64,000 nt of DNA from Candidatus Latescibacterota bacterium (GCA_965226795.1 CBDDDZ010000005.1:2304001-2368000); one strand, 5' to 3'. Shown: positions 21,604 to 32,137, counted from the stretch's first letter. Notes: generated by a model from the sequence alone, not told the origin. Numbers and translations are program-made.

Positions 21604-21852
21604 TTATGCAAAAGCTAGATTGTACAGCCTCGCGGCTTGCTCGAAAGCAAGCCTCACGAATTCATCCCTTTCCTTCACCCTCGAATGTTCTGTCAGAACC
21701 TCAAGAGTTACTGGTCCACCGTAGTCGGTGTTGCGGATAAGCCCGCACAGATTCTCCCAGTCAATGAAGCCATCGCCGGGGATGACATGGTCAACATACT
21801 CCCGGACCCGATCTGACAAGTGAAGTGCCAGAAGCCGATCTGACATACGGTA
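21604..21852 (-). pseudogene. 3' fragment of a sugar-phosphate isomerase/epimerase (TIM barrel)
   Basis: LHLSD...DHVIPGDGFIDW...TLEV; cut by IS3. Confidence 0.7.
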
Positions 21853-21887
21853 TGTGTCAAGTATTTTGAGACAGCGAGCCCAAAAAA

Positions 21888-22910
21888 TCAGAGTAGAATG
21901 TCCGGTGGCAGATCCTCGGTTTTCGGTTTGTTGATCCAAACGGCGTCAGGTAAGTCCGGCGGTGTGGGCAGGCCTCTCACAAACCGTTCCGGATGTGCCG
22001 CGTAGGCCGCTGTCAACACGCGCTGACGATGTGCGTGAACCTTTGGTGCGTGTCCATAGTGTACCGTTGCAGGTGTCATCAATCCCAATCCCGTGTGATG
22101 ATGCTCAAAGTTGTACCACGAAAAGAAGCGGCGTGCCCAGCCTCTGACATCTTCGGGACAGCCAAAGCGATCCGGATAATCCGGTCGATACTTCATCGTT
22201 TTGTATTGCGCCTCTGAATAGGGATTGTCATTGGGCACGTGCGGTCTGGCGTGAGATTTGGTCACGCCCAGATCCGACAGCAACAGGGCGAGACTTTTGG
22301 CGATCATCGGACCGCCGCGGTCTGAATGAATGGTCAACTGCTGCGGATCCACCTCCTGATTTCGGCAACTTTGCTGGATCAATTCTGTAGCCAGGGCAGC
22401 CGACTCTCGCCTGGTCACCATCCAGCCCACGACAAATCGGCTGAAGATGTCCAGCAGCACATATAGATAGAAGTAGGTCCATTTGACCGGTCCTCTCAAT
22501 TTGGTGATATCCCAACTCCACAGTTGGTTGGGACCTTGCGCCAGCAGTTCCGGCTTCTTGTAGGTGGGGTGGGAAAGCTGGTTGCGTCGTTCACGCACCT
22601 GGTCGTTTGCCTCGAGGATACGATACATCGAGCGCCAGGAGCACAGATACGTGCCTTCATCAAGCAACTGTGCCCATACCTGGCGGGGTGCGGCATCCTG
22701 GAACCGTCCGCTGTTGAGTACATCCAGGACGTGTGCGCGTTCCCGCTTCTCCAATGCACGTGACGGCGTCGGTCGCTTTTTGGACAAGCTTTGTCCCGGG
22801 TCTTGCCGTGTCCTTCGGTGGCGGTAAACACTGGATCGAGGTACACCCAACACCTGACAGGCACGGCCTACGCCTACGTCTATGGCCAAATGCTCAGCTG
22901 TCTGTCTCAT
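21888..22910 (-). CDS. IS3 transposase OrfB (rve)
   Basis: WSWDIT, HSDRG, DNPYSE. Confidence 0.92.
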   Translation of the reverse strand: MRQTAEHLAIDVGVGRACQVLGVPRSSVYRHRRTRQDPGQSLSKKRPTPSRALEKRERAHVLDVLNSGRFQDAAPRQVWAQLLDEGTYLCSWRSMYRILEANDQVRERRNQLSHPTYKKPELLAQGPNQLWSWDITKLRGPVKWTYFYLYVLLDIFSRFVVGWMVTRRESAALATELIQQSCRNQEVDPQQLTIHSDRGGPMIAKSLALLLSDLGVTKSHARPHVPNDNPYSEAQYKTMKYRPDYPDRFGCPEDVRGWARRFFSWYNFEHHHTGLGLMTPATVHYGHAPKVHAHRQRVLTAAYAAHPERFVRGLPTPPDLPDAVWINKPKTEDLPPDILL

Positions 22911-23365
22911 GTGCCGTCGGCCTTCTCGGTATTGTCGTTGCCCAGCCCAAGCAGATCCGAAAGTTTTTTTTGGACGTCGATGATGACTTCGGCTTGCGCC
23001 AGCTTTTTGGCAAGCCGCTCATTTTCAACGCGCAACCGGGCAAGCTCTCTTTCTGACGGATCCGCACCAGGACGGCCACGCTTCTTCGTTCCCAATTCCC
23101 CGGCTTCCCGCTGCCGTCGCCATTGGGCCAGACTGGAAGAATACAACCCTTCACTGCGCAAGAGGGCTCCGATCTGTCCGGGCTGGGTACACGCATCAGC
23201 CTGCTTCAGAATGCGCAGCTTATAGGTCTTGGTGAACCGTCGTCGCTTCGCCTTCAGCACCACCTCAGGATCCGCCACTTGATCCGCGCTGGCTGAAACC
23301 GACGGCTCCACTCCCGCTGCTTTCGCCCCGTTTTGGGACGACGTCTTTGCTCCTGTATCCATCAT
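22907..23365 (-). CDS. IS3 transposase OrfA (HTH)
   Basis: RRRFT..YKLRIL, LLRSEGLYSS. Confidence 0.9.
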   Translation of the reverse strand: MMDTGAKTSSQNGAKAAGVEPSVSASADQVADPEVVLKAKRRRFTKTYKLRILKQADACTQPGQIGALLRSEGLYSSSLAQWRRQREAGELGTKKRGRPGADPSERELARLRVENERLAKKLAQAEVIIDVQKKLSDLLGLGNDNTEKADGT

Positions 23366-23438
23366 GGCCTCATGCTCCTTTGCCCTCTCAATTGCTCACT
23401 GATTTACGGGGAAACGCTGTCTCACTAATATAGGCACA

Positions 23439-23991
23439 GAGGGTCCGCCATTCCAGGAAGGAGTGCGAACTCACAATGCTTCACACCTGCGTCAGGGCGG
23501 AGTCGATCATGGGTGTATAACAGTCTCATGGCTTCAGCTATTCCAGACTCTTCTAAACCCTCCAAAGTATTACCCACAGGACAGAGAACGAGAGCTCTTT
23601 CCATAGAGAGTCGTGGAAATGGGTAGGTCTCTTTGGCGAATGTGTACTCGTAGGCATAGCCACAGACCCAAACCCGGTCGAACCATCCCTTCAACTTTGC
23701 TGGACAGTCGCTCCACCAAACGGGAAAAACAAAGGCCAGACCGTCTGCCCGGCTGATCTTGCTGTGTTCGACTTCCACGTATGATGGTATGGGGAGGGTG
23801 GATCGATTACCCTGAACGTTCATCTCGCGAGTGTACTCATCCAGATTCATTTCGGATTGGAAATCCATTTCATACAAGTCTCCGATCTCGTATGAATGCC
23901 CTCCGTCCTCGAGTCCTCGACACAATTCGTCTAAAGCCTCCCCGGTAAAGGACCGCCTCGCAGGGTGCGCGAAGACTATATATGCGTGCAT
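23439..23991 (-). pseudogene. NAD(P)H dehydrogenase (flavodoxin-like fold), 3' end cut by IS3
   Basis: AHP, FPVWWSDCPAKLKGWFDRV. Confidence 0.8.
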
Positions 23992-24060
23992 AAAAAGATC
24001 TCCTTTAGGAGCGTAAATGAACACGCCGTGCGTGTTTTCTAACTTAGGCCCGGTGACGTG

Positions 24061-24158
24061 TAACGTTTCGGCCACTTGCGAACCCACCGAGCGCGGCGAA
24101 GGGGGTTGCCCCTCAGGGCAATGGCACGAACGCGCTCGCAGCGCAAACCGTCCCGTTA
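24061..24158. repeat. att-like site
   Basis: TAACGTTT...GCGAACCC...GGGTTGCC...CCGTTA. Confidence 0.88.
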
Positions 24159-24199
24159 ACTGACGTCACCCCCTTAAGGCTAAACAGACCAGCAGCCGG

Positions 24200-25651
24200 T
24201 TAGACCCTGGACGCGGAAGTCTTAGGCGTCGCGTCGATTAGGATGATGTCAGGGTGTCCCGTAAGTCCCAACTCCTTGAGGATGCCTTCAACTCGAGCAA
24301 GCTCCTTATTGCTGAAGTGGACGATTACCCTTAAGCCCGCCTGGGCGTCGCTGGCCTTCTGATAGATCGCGGCTTGCTTCTCAAGGTTCTGTTTGAGGTT
24401 TGTGTTCTTCGCGAGCTTGAATTCGATTACCGTCTTGTCCCAACGACCGCGGGAGACCTTGAAATCCGCAGGACCACGCCCATCGTCGACTTCATGGCTA
24501 ACGTCCGAAGGCGTGCCAAACCATGTCAGTCGGAACAAGATGTGAACATCTGTTTCCCGCCGAACTGGTTGATCGTTCACGTAGAAGAAGCGCCACCCAC
24601 CCTTGTTCTCGATGTTGTCTTTGAGGTACTCGACGCGTTGCCTAGCCTCCTCCTTGGTGTCCCCTGGCGTTGCGTAGAACCCCACTTTCTCAAGCATGGA
24701 GACGAATTTGGCCAGTTGTTCCACGAACAGGCTGTGCGTTTCAGCAACTCGCTGGTCGCTGATGGCCCGTGCCTGATCCCCACGGTCCTCCTTATAGCGG
24801 ATATAGTGTTCAATGAACTGCGGGTAGTTACGGATGGCTTTGAGAATTGCCTTGTGCCGGTCCTGTCTGGTGGGCTCTTTGGGCAAGACCTGAAAAATAT
24901 AGTTGTTTAGCTGATCGCGGAGTTGCTCGTTGGGAAGGGAGTTCAGGACTGCATCAAAGTCGCCATACAGACCATGCTTGTTGATCCACCCGTCGTCCTT
25001 TGTGAGGATGTCCTTCGGCGTAAGGAGCACGAAGTCGTCTCCGAGCGAAGGCAACTCGTACCTCTCGGATCTCCACGTTTGGGTCCGGTAGTTGAACTTG
25101 ACCTTGGGAACGGTGAACACGTCGCGTAGAGTGGGATCAATGTGCTGCAGAGCGAAGGTCTGCGTGTAGTTGAGTAGGAAGTGTTTTATCAGGTTGGTGG
25201 TGAAGTCGCTGATGTTATCTCGCCCGACGCCACTCTCGATCAGACAGAGCTTTTCCAGATGGCTTCCGCGCGTGACCTGCTCATCACCGAAGTTTGAGAA
25301 CACCGACGCCAGATTAGCCCGCATCGCCTTCGCAAACTTCATCCCTAAACCGGAACCCTCGTTGCCCACTAACGAGTACCCGAGCCAGTTTTGCTTTACC
25401 TCAGGAAATTTGTACCAAGCCTCAAGCAGCCCAGGCCGGATGGCGTCCCGGTCAGATTTGTCACGTAGGAACTTGAGGTATCGGATCATCTCCGAGTGAA
25501 GACCTTGGTACTCGGGTTTCTCCGAATTGAAGAGGAGAAACGGGTCCACAAAGAGAGGCAGGTCATTTATGAGGGAGATGTTGAAGGCTCCACACGCATT
25601 CAGTTCGTCAGGGTCGACTCGGAAGAAGTCCGTGAAGTGGACGTTGATCAT
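24200..25651 (-). CDS. 483-aa hypothetical protein with C-terminal PD-(D/E)XK-like motif
   Basis: E...GRGPADF...VIEFK; intact single-gene cassette. Confidence 0.6.
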   Translation of the reverse strand: MINVHFTDFFRVDPDELNACGAFNISLINDLPLFVDPFLLFNSEKPEYQGLHSEMIRYLKFLRDKSDRDAIRPGLLEAWYKFPEVKQNWLGYSLVGNEGSGLGMKFAKAMRANLASVFSNFGDEQVTRGSHLEKLCLIESGVGRDNISDFTTNLIKHFLLNYTQTFALQHIDPTLRDVFTVPKVKFNYRTQTWRSERYELPSLGDDFVLLTPKDILTKDDGWINKHGLYGDFDAVLNSLPNEQLRDQLNNYIFQVLPKEPTRQDRHKAILKAIRNYPQFIEHYIRYKEDRGDQARAISDQRVAETHSLFVEQLAKFVSMLEKVGFYATPGDTKEEARQRVEYLKDNIENKGGWRFFYVNDQPVRRETDVHILFRLTWFGTPSDVSHEVDDGRGPADFKVSRGRWDKTVIEFKLAKNTNLKQNLEKQAAIYQKASDAQAGLRVIVHFSNKELARVEGILKELGLTGHPDIILIDATPKTSASRV

Positions 25652-25715
25652 TTTGCTCTCTCCTTCAGGGGGCGTCTAACTTGCGGGTCGTCGCTCTTGT
25701 TCCCGCGATGACAGT

Positions 25716-25796
25716 AAACGGTCAGGCACCCACGAACCTGCCACAGGCAGGTTGGGCGTAGGCGCGAACGCGGGGAAGCCGTGGGTGAGCGTGTTA
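25716..25796. repeat. att-like site
   Basis: AAACGG..CACCCACGAACCTGCC...GTGGGTG..GTGTTA. Confidence 0.85.
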
Positions 25797-25820
25797 TGTG
25801 CCGGCCAGATTGGGGGTCTT

Positions 25821-26531
25821 TCAATCTAAGTTCAGTTTTTTTCCGACCTCATCAGCGACTTTGATCATGTAACTCGCAGCCCATGAAGACCACCTGTTAA
25901 AGCGGGGCGGGGCCAGACTGTCGATGACGGTGATCCAACATGAGTATTCTTCTCCGGCTGCCTCCACGAAGCTCACGTGGTCGGGCGTCTCCGATGGCAT
26001 CGGCAACTTGCCGTCTTCAATGGACATTTCAAGCTCCTGTAAGACCGATTGGAGTTTGTCACGAGTACCCTTGCCGTGAGCAATTAAGACACGAGGTTGT
26101 ATCCATTTCATCAACACCTTGAAGATCGCGCTACCGCGTTCTCGGCCCCCCTTGTGACGAACCGATGAAAGGTCGGAACTCATAGGCGAAGAGTAGCATA
26201 TCACATTGGTCTCAAGAATGTTGCGGATTCCTCTATCCTCAAGTTGCCCAGCCAGTAGGTCGGTGTTCCTGCGTGTCGGCGATGGCTTCCCCTCCGTCAT
26301 CTCATTGTAGAGCCTTCGACAGCCTTCTCGCCCTCGGTTGAAATGCGCGTTCACGTGTCGTTCGTGTGAGCGCACCTTGTCCACCAAGTATCCATTTCTC
26401 TGGTTCTTCCCAACGATGAAGACATTTGCGTTCAAAGGGTCTTTCAGTTTAGTCATCCAAGGCCGCGGAAACTGCCCGTTAACAGGTTTGGTTAGATCTC
26501 GAATCAGTTCCTCGAATTCGGCCTCCGACAT
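25821..26531 (-). CDS. hypothetical protein, uracil-DNA-glycosylase-like fold
   Basis: VFIVGKN, ETNVICY, PRVLIAHG. Confidence 0.5.
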   Translation of the reverse strand: MSEAEFEELIRDLTKPVNGQFPRPWMTKLKDPLNANVFIVGKNQRNGYLVDKVRSHERHVNAHFNRGREGCRRLYNEMTEGKPSPTRRNTDLLAGQLEDRGIRNILETNVICYSSPMSSDLSSVRHKGGRERGSAIFKVLMKWIQPRVLIAHGKGTRDKLQSVLQELEMSIEDGKLPMPSETPDHVSFVEAAGEEYSCWITVIDSLAPPRFNRWSSWAASYMIKVADEVGKKLNLD

Positions 26532-26579
26532 TGGGATATCCCTCCAAGTAGGTAAGCAAGCAAAGGCCCGGCTGGCACA

Positions 26580-26655
26580 AAACGTCCTCGCCGTGTCCGA
26601 GCCGCGGAAGTGGTTGCGCGAAGGGCGTAGCCCGAAGCCGGGCACGGGCGTGTTA
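26580..26655. repeat. att-like site
   Basis: AAACGT..GCCGTGTCCG...CGGGCACGGGCGTGTTA. Confidence 0.88.
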
Positions 26656-26919
26656 GGCGTCCGCCCATGGTCGCAATGAGCCAGGTGGATCTGCCGCGTA
26701 CAGATGCCAATTTGAGAGCCAACGCTGTACGTCGAGTTGTTGATCCCGGAACACGATGACGTCAATATCATCGTGGTCCCTGACGCGCTTTCCCACGAAC
26801 TGTTCAACCGCATAGCCACCCGCGAGTCCCCACAGGAAAGGAGCGTTGGCGAACAATTGCGTCAATTCCTGGACTGACAAGGGTTGCCATTGGCTGAAGG
26901 GAATCTCAGGAGTGGTCAT
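26653..26919 (-). pseudogene. truncated nucleotidyltransferase (ANT(2'')/Lnu-like N-terminus)
   Basis: AGGYA...RDHDDIDV; ends at 88 aa on the TAA of the att core. Confidence 0.7.
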
Positions 26920-26952
26920 ACAGTTCGCATTCTGCGCTTAAACGATGTCCGC

Positions 26953-27032
26953 TAACGGCCCGGCCTCCGCCCAACCTGGCGAAGCCAGGTTGGGCGGAGG
27001 CCGGATGGCCGGAGCCGTGGGTGCTCGTGTTA
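26953..27032. repeat. att-like site
   Basis: TAACGG...AACCTGGCGAAGCCAGGTT...GTGTTA. Confidence 0.9.
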
Positions 27033-28055
27033 TGCGAAGGTGAGTTCGCTGGATACGCAATCCGGCTCGTTCGAGACCACCTCGGCCCATATGGATGCTG
27101 TTTGATCCAGTGACAACTTGAGTTGAGACTTGTGTAGATCCTCGTTGAGGAGCCACGAACCAGTTTCACCAGTACGAACTGCATACCACGTATAGGCATA
27201 CAGGACATCGCGTTTGTCATCGAGCTCCGTGATCTCCTCGCCCACGGCCAGGCGGGATGGATACGATGTGATGTGCCGCTCCACAACATTAGCGGGAGCC
27301 TTCGCGTACCTTGCTTCTACCTCATCCGCCGTAAGAGAGAACAGACGAATGAGACGATTCGCAATTCCTTCTTCCTGGTGCTCGTGAGCCAGAACGCAAA
27401 AACGAGTGAAAACCCTTCCAAAGGACCGATCTCCATGCCCCCACCTTTCCTTCAGATATGGGATTATAACACGCGCGAGTTCCTGTATAGAGATCCCTGC
27501 CTCAATCAGACGACCTGCCTGCAGATGTGACTTCACTCGATGGGCGGAGACTGGTTACACGTCTGACTCGCTCGATTTGGCGTGCCCGGACAACCGTTGG
27601 GTCAAATCGACCATCGGAAAGTAGCACAACAAATGCAGGAGTATCGCAATCCTCAGACGCGTGAACTGATTGACCGAGGTGGCTCTTGTCGGTCGCATGG
27701 AAAATCCTCTCACTGGCCATCAGCTTATCCAAGTGACGCTTGCCTTTGATCAAGTCGTCTGCCTCATCGGCTGTAAAATGGAGTCGGCCTGCGTCAACAG
27801 ACGTCGGCCACGTGTCCCGAGCCCACTCCCTTGTGATGGACAACGCAAGCTCGTCAACTCTTTTTGGGAGACTGTTGTCCGTCCCCCTGGTAGTAATGTA
27901 GATGAGGTCTATATCTGATATAGGCCACGCCATTCCTCGCCCAATGCTACCCCCAAGAATCACACCCGCAACGCCAGGAACAGACGCGATCCGTTCGATG
28001 GCTTCAACGGTTCGCTCCTGCAGAATGAGTTCCCAGTTTTCCAGGTGCGCATGGA
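27030..28055 (-). pseudogene. nucleotidyltransferase-domain protein, frameshifted near 27530
   Basis: GGSIGRG...SDIDL; continues in ORF 27030-27536. Confidence 0.6.
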
Positions 28056-28092
28056 AGAGATCCGCTCTAAACAAATCGAACTCACTTTCGCA

Positions 28093-28211
28093 TAACGGTG
28101 ATGGCCCCAAAGGAGCCGTGCATCAAACAAGAAATCAGTGTTTTTACAGTCAGCCAACTCTTCGCTCACGGCTCTTTTGGTCGAGCGAGGCGAGCCGGGG
28201 GCCATGTGTTA
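28093..28211. repeat. att-like site (variant interior)
   Basis: TAACGGTGATGGCCCC...GGGGCCATGTGTTA. Confidence 0.8.
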
Positions 28212-28343
28212 CACGATTGCGGCGCGCCCCCTTCAGGCCAAGCCCTAAGAGTGCTGGAACACAATGCACGTCCGAAAGGTTTTTGGCTCTCTGCCCGTTG
28301 TGCCTCTGGAATGGCTCTCAGTCATTTGGCGTTGCGCTGCTCT

Positions 28344-29088
28344 CTATCGAATCTTGCAGGTGACCACTTGCTTGCTCGCGTTACCGGAGAATGCCGCGCC
28401 GTCGAAGTTCCCAACTCGGGATTCAATGAGAAATCCATTGTAGTGAAGTAGAGCTTCAAGCTCGGCGGGGAACAGCATTCTTAATCGCAACTCATGCCGA
28501 GAGACCTCTTGGTCGGCTTCGTCGAGAATCCGGTACGTGCCTGCACTTACCTGAAGCGCACGGTCGTACCGCCCCTGTAATTCAATGCGGAGCCGATAAC
28601 CTGTTCGTGGATCTGAGATGGTCTTGACCGGGGACCACCTGTCAGGATCGAGACTGTGCCATGACAGGCTCGGGTTGAACACATCAAACGCGAAACATCC
28701 GCCTTCCGCCAGAGACTCCCGCACGCACCCAAGCGCGCGCTCCATGTCATCGCGAGTGTGCAGATGGAGGAGCGGAGTTGTTGGCTACGAAAATGAGCCT
28801 CTGTGGTATGGGCGGCCGATATGAACGGAAGTCGTCTTCAACCCAGGCAATTGTCAGACCTTCCTCCGCAGCCTTCTTCTTTGCCGTTTCGAGCATCGAA
28901 CGTGACAGGTCCGCAGCGGTTACCGAAAACCCGTGCTTCGCTGGCGGTATCGCTATCCGACCGGTGCCCGCGCCAAGTTCGAGAACAGGTCCAGGGTGCT
29001 GCGCAGCAAGAGCCAAGTAGAACTCGATGCCGTCATCGTGACCAAACAAGGCGTCGTAGAGGAAACCGTCGTCGTAGATCGTAGACAC
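28344..29088 (-). pseudogene. SAM-dependent methyltransferase, frameshifted
   Basis: VLELGAGTGR in 28747-29088; C-terminal half in 28344-28745. Confidence 0.8.
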
Positions 29089-29192
29089 GCTGACACGTCG
29101 TTGGAAGGGACTTGCTTTGGATAGGTTGGCTGCTGGTTTTGTGCACGATTCTCCGAGGTTGGGTGGTTGGGCAATCCATCGCTACTTGCGTG

Positions 29193-29256
29193 CAACATTC
29201 TCGTCTTGCGCGAACTGTCGCAGGCCGTCAGATCTTAACCGCAAGCGGACGTGTTA
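29193..29256. repeat. att-like site, shortened
   Basis: CAAC...CTTGCGCGAAC...CGCAAG..GTGTTA. Confidence 0.7.
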
Positions 29257-29269
29257 GGCGATTGCCGCA

Positions 29270-29743
29270 CTAACCGGTCCAGATATGCTCAAAGTTCTCG
29301 GTTTCATCTGGACGCTCAAACTGAGTCACGAAGCTCAAAAATGCATCTTCGTTAATCCAAAGCGAATTCTCATCCTCGTTGGTGCGGCTCAGTACCCGAG
29401 CCTCTAAGACATCAATCGGCGCGTCCAGATAATAGAGCCTTGACTCCACGCCAATGTAGTCTACGGACTCCCTCATCGCGTCTCGATCCTTACGGCGCCA
29501 GAACCCGTAGTCAAAGATCACGTCATTTCCAAGCACGAGATTCCGTGAGGCGTTCTGCCAGATTAGATCCGCCACCTTGCGGTAATGGGTCTCGAACTCT
29601 TGCTTCGGCGGACACCGCCCGAAAAGATGAGCGAGCCACTCATCGTGCGAATACCGGACCGCCCGTTGCGTTTCTTCAAGTTCAATCGCAAACGTAGTCT
29701 TGCCAGCTCCAGGCAAGCCACAGAGTAGGTGAGCAGTCGTCAT
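29270..29743 (-). CDS. AAA_33-type P-loop kinase cassette
   Basis: CGLPGAGKTT, DYGFW, FERP. Confidence 0.85.
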   Translation of the reverse strand: MTTAHLLCGLPGAGKTTFAIELEETQRAVRYSHDEWLAHLFGRCPPKQEFETHYRKVADLIWQNASRNLVLGNDVIFDYGFWRRKDRDAMRESVDYIGVESRLYYLDAPIDVLEARVLSRTNEDENSLWINEDAFLSFVTQFERPDETENFEHIWTG

Positions 29744-29760
29744 TCGATTCTGCCTTCGCC

Positions 29761-29851
29761 TAACGCTTCAGGGTTTGCGAACCCGGAGCGAAGCGAAGGG
29801 TTGCCCGATAGGGCCAAGCGGCGTATGCCGCACCGCGCAAGATCGGTGTTA
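29761..29851. repeat. att-like site
   Basis: TAACG...TTGCGAACCC...GGGTTGCC...GTGTTA. Confidence 0.88.
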
Positions 29852-29866
29852 ACGGAAGTACGATCA

Positions 29867-30081
29867 TCACAGAAGCTTACGAAATTCTTCAGTGGTTAAT
29901 CCGGCATCCCTAACAATTCCTCCCATTGTAAAGGCATTCACAGGGTTGTTTCGTGGAACAGTCAGAATTCGTACTCCCTCCGTCATAATGATATGCTTTT
30001 GCCCTGGCGTGCAATGCGAAACCCCGCTTTCTCAAAAGCTCGCACGGCATTCAAATGGCTGACACCTGGAATTTTTGGCAT
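29867..30081 (-). pseudogene. hicA: HicA toxin, frameshifted near 29998
   Basis: MPKIPGVSH...FEKAGF..RQG, then HIIMT..ILTVPRNNPVNAFTMGGIVRDAGL in another frame. Confidence 0.8.
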
Positions 30082-30082
30082 C

Positions 30083-30280
30083 CTATACCGTCAACTCGAT
30101 CTCTCGTATCTCCGCGCCATCTAACAGATCGTCAACGACAGTAAGATATTCACGAATTGCTGTTTCGATGTTTGCAACCGCCTCATCTTCCGTGTTTCCT
30201 TGTGACCAACAACCTGGCAAGCCAGGCACCGAAACGCTAAAGCCTTCGTCGGATTTATGAAGGGCAACTTTGTACCTCAT
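30083..30280 (-). CDS. hicB: HicB antitoxin
   Basis: SVPGLPGCWSQG.T..EA..NI..AI. Confidence 0.9.
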   Translation of the reverse strand: MRYKVALHKSDEGFSVSVPGLPGCWSQGNTEDEAVANIETAIREYLTVVDDLLDGAEIREIELTV

Positions 30281-30374
30281 TGGGACCTCCATGCGGTTGT
30301 TAATTCGGGTGTTTGATAACAAACCTTGTTATCTTGATTTGCAGGCCGATACTGTGATTTTGGTCTCTTCAAGA

Positions 30375-30450
30375 TATCGTTCTCGCCGTGCCCGAACCGC
30401 GAAAGTGGTTGCACGAAGGGCGCAGCCCGTCGCCGTGCACGGTCGTGTTA
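30375..30450. repeat. att-like site (left core TATC)
   Basis: CCGTGCCCGAACCGCGAAAGTGGTTGC...GCACGGTCGTGTTA. Confidence 0.85.
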
Positions 30451-30653
30451 TGTGAAGTCACCTCTCTCCCTACGAGGCTATGGTAAGGCGTTTCCTATTC
30501 CTGCCTTGATCGCTTTGTAGGCCAGGGGTGAGAGTAAGGGCTTCCCTCGCTCAACTTTGGCCTCGAACGTGTCAAGTTCCTCAACCGTGAAATGGGATCT
30601 CGGCATGAATTCCAGTAGCGCAATCGCGATCTCCTCCGTCGCCTTCAGCAGCG

Positions 30654-31959
30654 CGTTGCCGATCACCTCGAACTGGATCGGATTGACTTCGGTCTTCGCA
30701 TGCAACTACGGAATCTCCTTTAAGAAATGCCCTATCAGGCCGGTGTTCCGTGCCAGAAATCGTTGTACGCCGCCAGCGGCCCGTCCCCGTGCGGCCCGGT
30801 AGCCAGATCCAGCCCCCCGAAGAGATAGACGGACTCGCCCCCCACTGTCATAACGGGGATTCGCCTGACACCGGGACGTTCGGCGCCAGCAGAGTAATCC
30901 TCCGCACCGTTGTGTGGATATAGACAGTCCCACCGGCCGGCACGAAGATCGTACTGCCACAGATCGTTCAGCTGGGGGTGCTCCCCTTCCCCTCCTGCAA
31001 ATCCTCCGAACAGATACAGGTGATCTCCGATCACAGCGTATCCCAGCCCGTACCGAGGGGAAGGCCGTGCAACATCATCCGACCGGTTCTCCTGAATGCA
31101 GGTCCAGGCGCCTCCGTCGGGATCGTATTCCCACAGATCGTTGTAGAACTCCGGCGCTCGACCCTGACTGTCCCGACCGCCCCACAGGTAGAGCCTGCCG
31201 TTCCAGCCGGCCAGCACGGGACAGTATCGTTTCGGCGGCCAACCGTTGCGTCCATTCGATGCAGGCCCCAGGTGCTCCCATTTCCCGGCCGGCGCCTTGT
31301 AGGTCCACAGCTGTGCGTGCGTCATCGCGCCATGGCCCCCCATCAGATACAGGTAATCACCCAGAACGGCCGCCCCCATCCCGCCCGAACCGGCGGGACG
31401 ATGCCCATCCGCCGTTATTCCTGATGCGCGCCCGTCGTCGGGCTCTAACAGCTCCCACGAGGCTGTCTTCGGATCGTAGGCCCAGAGATCGTTCAGCTTG
31501 ATCTCCCTCTTGCCGGGGCCCCGCACTGAGGACCCGCCAAAAAGATAAAGCCTGCCGTTCACGGGCAGCCAGGTCGTGAGCTTCCGGGTACACGGTCTGG
31601 TATCGGACGGTCTGAACCCGATGCGCCCATCGTGGTCTTCCAACCGCGTCCACCGGCCTCGACCCGGGTCGTAGCGCCACAGGTCGTTCAATGAGCCCTG
31701 GACGGAAAGATCTCCAGGCCCTTTCGGCCGGCCGTACATCACTTTTATCCCCCCGAACAGGTAGACGCATCCATTGTAGCTCAACATCCCGCCGAAGGCC
31801 GCCCGCCTACAGGGTACATCCTCGGCTTGCTCCTGGTCCGGATGCAGCAGTTCCCACTTCATAGTGGACCTCCGCACGGCCTGACTTGTGATTCTGCGGA
31901 GAAAGTTCGGCATATTCCATTCGTAGCCGAAAAACTTGATACAGTTTATTCGCCGTGGA
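30654..31959. repeat. 1.3-kb direct repeat, copy 1 (Kelch gene plus hydantoinase-B-like start)
   Basis: near-identical to 41131-42436. Confidence 0.92.
30735..31862 (-). CDS. Kelch-repeat beta-propeller protein
   Basis: repeated YLFGG...NDLW.YD; GGAGGT RBS. Confidence 0.9.
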   Translation of the reverse strand: MKWELLHPDQEQAEDVPCRRAAFGGMLSYNGCVYLFGGIKVMYGRPKGPGDLSVQGSLNDLWRYDPGRGRWTRLEDHDGRIGFRPSDTRPCTRKLTTWLPVNGRLYLFGGSSVRGPGKREIKLNDLWAYDPKTASWELLEPDDGRASGITADGHRPAGSGGMGAAVLGDYLYLMGGHGAMTHAQLWTYKAPAGKWEHLGPASNGRNGWPPKRYCPVLAGWNGRLYLWGGRDSQGRAPEFYNDLWEYDPDGGAWTCIQENRSDDVARPSPRYGLGYAVIGDHLYLFGGFAGGEGEHPQLNDLWQYDLRAGRWDCLYPHNGAEDYSAGAERPGVRRIPVMTVGGESVYLFGGLDLATGPHGDGPLAAYNDFWHGTPA

Positions 31960-32042
31960 AGACTTCAAAATAAGGTGGTTGTTGCCTTTTGTGCGCGATT
32001 TTTTGGGGTAATGTGGCTGGGAACACTTGCGCCGCTTTCGGT

Positions 32043-32137
32043 TAACGGTTCTTGGCTTTACGACGTGGGCCAGTCCCAAAGGCCCATGTGCCCGCAGGGC
32101 CGAGGGGCGGATGCCCCGAAGCGTAAAGCCGGTGTTA
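32043..32137. repeat. att-like site
   Basis: TAACGG..GGCTTTACG...CGTAAAGCCGGTGTTA. Confidence 0.9.

Larger units (their letters stand above)
21853..23438 (-). mobile_element. IS3-family insertion sequence
   Basis: imperfect 24-bp IRs TGTG...TGAGACAGCG; orfA/orfB; no target duplication seen. Confidence 0.88.
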
